Shown here piece after piece: positions 59,379 to 64,000 of a DNA stretch of 64,000 bases. Source of the DNA: Candidatus Latescibacterota bacterium (GTDB taxonomy: Bacteria; Latescibacterota; UBA2968; UBA8231); NCBI GenBank assembly GCA_965223905.1, contig CBDCXV010000011.1, positions 1,248,001-1,312,000 of the forward strand. The letters run 5' to 3'. Both the position numbers and the translations under genes were made by a program. How positions within the stretch are numbered: the stretch's first letter is position 1; every line of letters begins with the position of its first letter. The notes beneath the pieces were generated by a model. It saw nothing but the letters and a program-made list of their open reading frames with translations. It did not search any database and had not been told where the DNA came from.

Positions 59379-60302
59379 TCAAACATGGACACCGGGGATC
59401 GATGGTTCTCCTGAGGGGTGTTCGAGCGAGAAATGGCGGTAGGCAAACTCTATCCGGTCGTTCTTGCCGAAGGCGTCGACGATTTTCCCCACGATCTCGC
59501 TGGAGATGCGTTCCCGCTCCACCGCAATGGACTTGTACCGCAGCCGCATCGTTATGCCGGAATGAAAGAATTCAGCACGGACGAACGGAGTCTCTCCGGT
59601 CTCCTCGATGATCTCCGGGGTCACCTCGGAGGCGCAGTCGATCAATGTCTGTTCCGACAGCCGGTATTCCGACTGATAGGAGATACGGACCGGAACCTCG
59701 TCGAGTATGTACTTGGCTTCCTGGGAAACTGCGTAGTTGGTGACCATCTGGTCGAACAGTACGGCATTGGGGATAAGAACCGCTCGATTGGATTTTTCTT
59801 CCCCGCCGATAGTCCCGCCCACTTCCCCCAGAAGAATATGGGTGGGACTTATGTCCAGCACGTCCCCCCGCACTCCCTGAAGTATGATCCGGTCGCCGAT
59901 CTGGAAGGGCCGTTTGATCATAACCATGAGCCAGGCGGCCACTCCGGTGACCGGCCGTTGGAGAGACCAGCCCAGGATCATGCTGAGGAAAGCAGCGCTT
60001 ATCCCCATGGCCGCGAATGAACCGGACAAGCTGACGACAATCAGAATGATCCCCGCCAAAAGAAAGGTGTACTTCAACAGGGAGTGGACCCGGTGGATCT
60101 GCACCTCCCGGCGATTCTGGGCTCGCATGGCTCCCAGGACCACACCCTTGACCGTTTTGTAGATGATATAAATGACGACAAGCGCCAAAGTTGCAGGCAG
60201 GAGGTATAGTATCACTTCAAGGATATCCCTCACCAGTTCAGGGACATGGTGGGAGACCCATCCCTCGGTGCTGTTCAGCCAGTCAGTTATTACCTGTGGC
60301 AT
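59379..60302 (-). CDS. Small-conductance mechanosensitive channel (MscS family)
   Basis: TM N-terminus; RPFQIGDRI..G.V.DI, IPNA.L..V.N; purine-rich RBS before ATG 60302. Confidence 0.88.
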   Translation of the reverse strand: MPQVITDWLNSTEGWVSHHVPELVRDILEVILYLLPATLALVVIYIIYKTVKGVVLGAMRAQNRREVQIHRVHSLLKYTFLLAGIILIVVSLSGSFAAMGISAAFLSMILGWSLQRPVTGVAAWLMVMIKRPFQIGDRIILQGVRGDVLDISPTHILLGEVGGTIGGEEKSNRAVLIPNAVLFDQMVTNYAVSQEAKYILDEVPVRISYQSEYRLSEQTLIDCASEVTPEIIEETGETPFVRAEFFHSGITMRLRYKSIAVERERISSEIVGKIVDAFGKNDRIEFAYRHFSLEHPSGEPSIPGVHV

Positions 60303-60697
60303 CGGTCGGTTCCTCTTTCCTCTTCCTTGGCGATGGTAAAATGCCTTTGGTACCTCGGTTTCATCGGGATGCCGCGCCAAAGGCATCCCGGTCCACGGCC
60401 GGTCCGGCTCCCCCCTTCCCTGACGCGCCGTCCGCGATCCTTTGATCAAAAAAGAAGCCTGTCATCTGCAAGCTATCCGGACAGAAAAGCGCGTCAACGC
60501 ACCCGGGGTTCTGGTTCCGTGCCCAGGAAGGCCGCTGGCTTTACCGACGATCCGGATGCTCACATCGAGACAATCCGGTGCCTGATCCCCTCAAGGGTAA
60601 ACCTGCCCATGCCCTGGCTACCATCCTCAACAGGGCTTCCGGTGAGTCGGGGCGGGATCCGCGTCTGTAGGGGAAGCGGCTTCGCTGGAATTAAAAG

Positions 60698-60761
60698 GGA
60701 CAGTAACTGTCCGCATTGAGATTTTTTTTTACATGCTGGACGCAACGGACACCCCCTGTCC
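60698..60761. promoter_or_regulatory. Two GGACA-N5-TGTCC palindromes, probable WYL-regulator binding sites
   Basis: GGACAGTAACTGTCC (60698-60712) and GGACACCCCCTGTCC (60747-60761) directly upstream of the WYL gene. Confidence 0.7.
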
Positions 60762-60798
60762 CCTTGGAGCCCATCTTTATCGTCGGGAGGATGAAGCT

Positions 60799-61794
60799 AT
60801 GCTCATTGCCGATGCTATCCACAAGGCGGATCGACTCGAACAGATAAAGGTACTGTTCCGGCGGCGGCCCGAGGGGGTAGGGACCGGTGAAATCGCCCGG
60901 CTGTTGGGGGTCAGCCAACGGACCGCCCGGCGCTATGTGAAGGAGCTGTCGGAGCACGGACGGCTGCCGGTGTACCGGGAAGGCCGTGTCTGGAAGTTGG
61001 TGGAAGGCGGGCACATCGACCTGCTTCGCCTCCAGCTGAACCTCGACGAGGCCCTCTCGCTCTACCTGGCGGCGCGGATGCTGTCCGCCTACAGCGACAA
61101 GCACAATCCGCACGTGGTAGCATCCCTGCTCAAGCTCGCGGCAACCTTGCCCGACGCCATCGGGGCGCACGTCGAGCAGGCGGCCGTGGCGGTTTCCCAA
61201 AGACGGCTTGCCCCGGACTACATGAAAGTCCTCGAAGGTCTCACCCGGGCCTGGGCCGGCCGGCGGCAGGTACAGATCGTTTATCGCGATCCCATCACCG
61301 GGGCGCGCTCCGAGCGCCTGTTCGACCCCTTTTTCATCGAGCCTTCCTTCTTGGGCTATTCCTGCTACGTGTTCGGGTTCGATCACTTCCGCCGGGCGAT
61401 CCGCTCCTTCAAGGTCGAGCGGCTGGAAGAGGTCGAGGTGTTGGATTCCCGTTTCGAGCCGTTGCCGGATTTCGATCCCTACGACTACCTCAGGCACGCC
61501 TGGGGGATCAGGGGCGGCGACGAGGTGGTGGAGGTGAAATTGCGGTTTTCCATGAACGCGGTCTATCGGGTGAATGAATCCGACTGGCCGGGAGTGATCG
61601 CCCGGGAGGAAGACCGGGAGGGGCGTTGTACGCTGACGTTCCTGGTCAATCACGTTCTGGAAATCAAGTCCTGGATCAGGGCATGGGGACCCGAGTGCGA
61701 GGTGCTGGGCCCGGAGGAGTTGCGCCGGGAGATCGGGGAGGAGATGAAGGCGGCGACGGAACTGTATACGAACAACCCGGGAGTAGGGAGCTGA
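60799..61794 (+). CDS. wHTH-WYL-WCX transcriptional regulator
   Basis: EIARLLGVSQRTARRY HTH; I.Y..R..DP..YVFG..RSFKVERL WYL; WIRAWG..CEVL.P.ELR WCX; GGAGG RBS. Confidence 0.92.
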   Translation: MLIADAIHKADRLEQIKVLFRRRPEGVGTGEIARLLGVSQRTARRYVKELSEHGRLPVYREGRVWKLVEGGHIDLLRLQLNLDEALSLYLAARMLSAYSDKHNPHVVASLLKLAATLPDAIGAHVEQAAVAVSQRRLAPDYMKVLEGLTRAWAGRRQVQIVYRDPITGARSERLFDPFFIEPSFLGYSCYVFGFDHFRRAIRSFKVERLEEVEVLDSRFEPLPDFDPYDYLRHAWGIRGGDEVVEVKLRFSMNAVYRVNESDWPGVIAREEDREGRCTLTFLVNHVLEIKSWIRAWGPECEVLGPEELRREIGEEMKAATELYTNNPGVGS

Positions 61795-61944
61795 AATCAG
61801 CGGCATGCGGCCTGGTAGCGCCCTCTCCCGAGAAATTGGTCGGCGATTCCGGATGGATACGGGATTCGGGTAAAACCTGATTGCTCCGCCGAGCCGGCAC
61901 CAGATGCCCCGTCAGGGTGCGTACCTACCTATAGGATAGACCAG

Positions 61945-64000
61945 ATGAAGAATGCAATCGGCGGTCTCATGTGGCTGTTGTCGAGCCTGCACGCAGGAGC
62001 GGAGCCACTTGTGGAGGGGCGGGTCAGGCTGGCCTCGGGGGGACCGGCGGCCGGGGCGCAGGTGCTGCTGTTCGACCTGACCGACCTGCGCCTGGCGCCG
62101 GTCGCTGCGACCACCGATGAAGCGGGGTACTTCGCGCTGCCTTTCGGAGGGTTGCGGTCATGGGTGGCGGTTTTTCCGGAGCGGTTCGAGTTGGGGCAGA
62201 ACTATCCCAATCCATTCAATCCTTCCACCATAATCCCCTACCAGCTCCCGGCCTCGACCCGGGTGCGGCTCGAGATCTTCAACATCCTTGGACAGCGGGT
62301 GACGACCCTGGCCGACGGAGAGCGGGCGGCCGGCTTTCACACGGCTCGTTGGCACGCCACCGATTCCGCGGGGCGCGCCGTGGCCGCCGGGGTCTACTTC
62401 TACCGGCTGAAGGGCGAGGGGGTTCATCAGACCCGGCGCATGGTGTTGATCGACGGGCAGGCGGGGATTCCTTCGGCAGGGCCGGGCGGTCCGCCCGCCG
62501 CAGTCCTGGAGGCAGAGGAAACAACCCCGGTCTTCGGATTGGCCGTCTCGGGTGCGGGGCTTGTCCCCTACGTCGACCCCGCCTTCCGGGTGGAGGCGGG
62601 CATGGCTCCGGTGGACATCGTCGTCGAAGCTTCCGGCGGGATCCTGCATGCGAAGGTGGCCTCAGGCGGGATCCTGGGCGACGTCGACAACAACGGCCGG
62701 GTCGACATTTTCGACGCCCTGCTGGTTGCCGTGTACAGCGCCAATGCCAACCTCGTCATGCCGAACAACGGCGATATAACCCTCGGTGACGTCAACCGGG
62801 ACGGCCAGACGGATCTCACCGACGCCTACCACATCGCCACCTACACAGTGGATCCCTCCGATCCGACGCTGCCCGCAGGAATCGGGGAGGCCCTGGTCCA
62901 AGGGACGGCATCGCTGTCCCCCCTTCCCTCCACCGTCTCCTTCCAGGACGACGGAGTCTGGCACCGGTTTACGGTCCAGGCCGGCGAGCCGATCGTGGTG
63001 GTGGCCAATCCCACCGGAACCACCCCGCGTGTGGAGATCAACACCAGCAGCGGCTCCAATTACTGTCCGGCGGAAGCCGAGGACGACCGGGCGCGCCAGG
63101 ACGGTGAGGAAGTCTACCTCGCCGGCTGCTCCTCTGGTACGGGTACAGTTGAACTGCGACGGGCGTCCGACCAGACCGTCCTGCAAACCTATACCTTCAC
63201 GATACAGGGACAGGGAACAGGGGGAGGGGGAGGCGGCAATGCCCCCGACCTGATTGTCGAGACCCCTACGGTCACCAACAGCAGCCCGACCGCCGGCGCC
63301 TCCTTCACCCTGAGGGCCAGAGTCCGAAACCAAGGTGCGGCCCGGTCCAGCTCGACCACCCTGCGCTACTACCGCTCCACCGACGCGACGGTTTCCACCA
63401 GCGACACCCAGGTCGGCACCGACCTCGTGAGCAGCCTGTCCGCTTCCCGAACCAGCTCCGAGTCGATCAGCCTCCGCGCTCCCTCCAGCGCCGGAACCTA
63501 CTACTACGGCGCCTGTGTCGAGAGCGTCAGCAGCGAAACCAATACCGGGAACAACTGCTCCGCAGCGGTGACCGTAACCGTGGGCGCCGCACCGGCCCCG
63601 GATCTCCTCGTCGATGCTCCTACGGTCAGCAACAGCAGCCCGGCTGCCGGCGCCTCCTTCACCCTGAGGGCCACCGTACGAAACCAGGGTGCGGCCCGGT
63701 CCGGCTCAACCACCCTGCGCTACTACCGCTCCACCGACGCCACCGTTGACTCCAGTGACACCGAAGTCGGCACCGACCTGGTCAGCAGGCTGTCCGCTTC
63801 CCGAACCAGCTCCGAGTGGATCACCCTACGCGCACCTTCCAGCGCCGGTACCTACTACTACGGGGCCTGTGTCGAGAGCGTGAGCGGGGAAACCAATACC
63901 GGAAACAACTGCTCCGCTGCCGTAACCCTAACCGTGGGCGCCGCACCGGCCCCGGATCTCGTCGTCGATGCCCCAACGGTCACCACCAGCAGCCCGGCTG
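61945..64000 (+). CDS. Secreted FlgD-Ig/dockerin/CARDB protein, paralog of 50493-53615; runs off the window end
   Basis: Open frame from ATG 61945 (MKNAIGG..EPLVEGRVRL..NYPNPFNPST..GDVDNNG..); CARDB units at a 354-bp period (63244, 63598, 63952). Absent from the ORF track because it has no stop in the window. Confidence 0.88.
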   Translation, partial: MKNAIGGLMWLLSSLHAGAEPLVEGRVRLASGGPAAGAQVLLFDLTDLRLAPVAATTDEAGYFALPFGGLRSWVAVFPERFELGQNYPNPFNPSTIIPYQLPASTRVRLEIFNILGQRVTTLADGERAAGFHTARWHATDSAGRAVAAGVYFYRLKGEGVHQTRRMVLIDGQAGIPSAGPGGPPAAVLEAEETTPVFGLAVSGAGLVPYVDPAFRVEAGMAPVDIVVEASGGILHAKVASGGILGDVDNNGRVDIFDALLVAVYSANANLVMPNNGDITLGDVNRDGQTDLTDAYHIATYTVDPSDPTLPAGIGEALVQGTASLSPLPSTVSFQDDGVWHRFTVQAGEPIVVVANPTGTTPRVEINTSSGSNYCPAEAEDDRARQDGEEVYLAGCSSGTGTVELRRASDQTVLQTYTFTIQGQGTGGGGGGNAPDLIVETPTVTNSSPTAGASFTLRARVRNQGAARSSSTTLRYYRSTDATVSTSDTQVGTDLVSSLSASRTSSESISLRAPSSAGTYYYGACVESVSSETNTGNNCSAAVTVTVGAAPAPDLLVDAPTVSNSSPAAGASFTLRATVRNQGAARSGSTTLRYYRSTDATVDSSDTEVGTDLVSRLSASRTSSEWITLRAPSSAGTYYYGACVESVSGETNTGNNCSAAVTLTVGAAPAPDLVVDAPTVTTSSPA

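Noticed and set aside
1-64000. tRNA, rRNA, prophage or integrase genes
   Set aside because: None recognised by eye; tRNAscan and Rfam were not run.

Overview
GC-rich bacterial window, mostly accessory genes. The gene content (FlgD-Ig-tailed secreted proteins, dockerin/cohesin, internalin-like LRR, YWTD and WD40 repeats, many toxin-antitoxin relics) resembles Latescibacterota/Gemmatimonadota-type host-associated bacteria; this is inferred, not shown. The window holds a pbpC/alpha-2-macroglobulin pair, several modular secreted proteins, a TM0106-type nuclease-helicase, a catabolic cluster (enolase-family proteins, FAD oxidase, DUF2961/GH172), nudC, nth, a peptide ABC transporter that has lost its binding protein, MscS and a WYL regulator. 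Two apparently identical ISL3 copies, each with its own 8-bp target duplication, interrupt a RelE/HigB toxin and a helicase-SprT protease fusion next to rloAB. The best candidate for an undescribed system is the operon at 54471-58977: Omp85 barrel, signal-peptide-bearing atypical kinase and NTT (ATP/ADP translocase-like) transporter. Its upstream region carries the same GGnCA-N5-TGTCC box found in front of the nearby WYL gene. All calls come from reading motifs by eye; no database searches were run.
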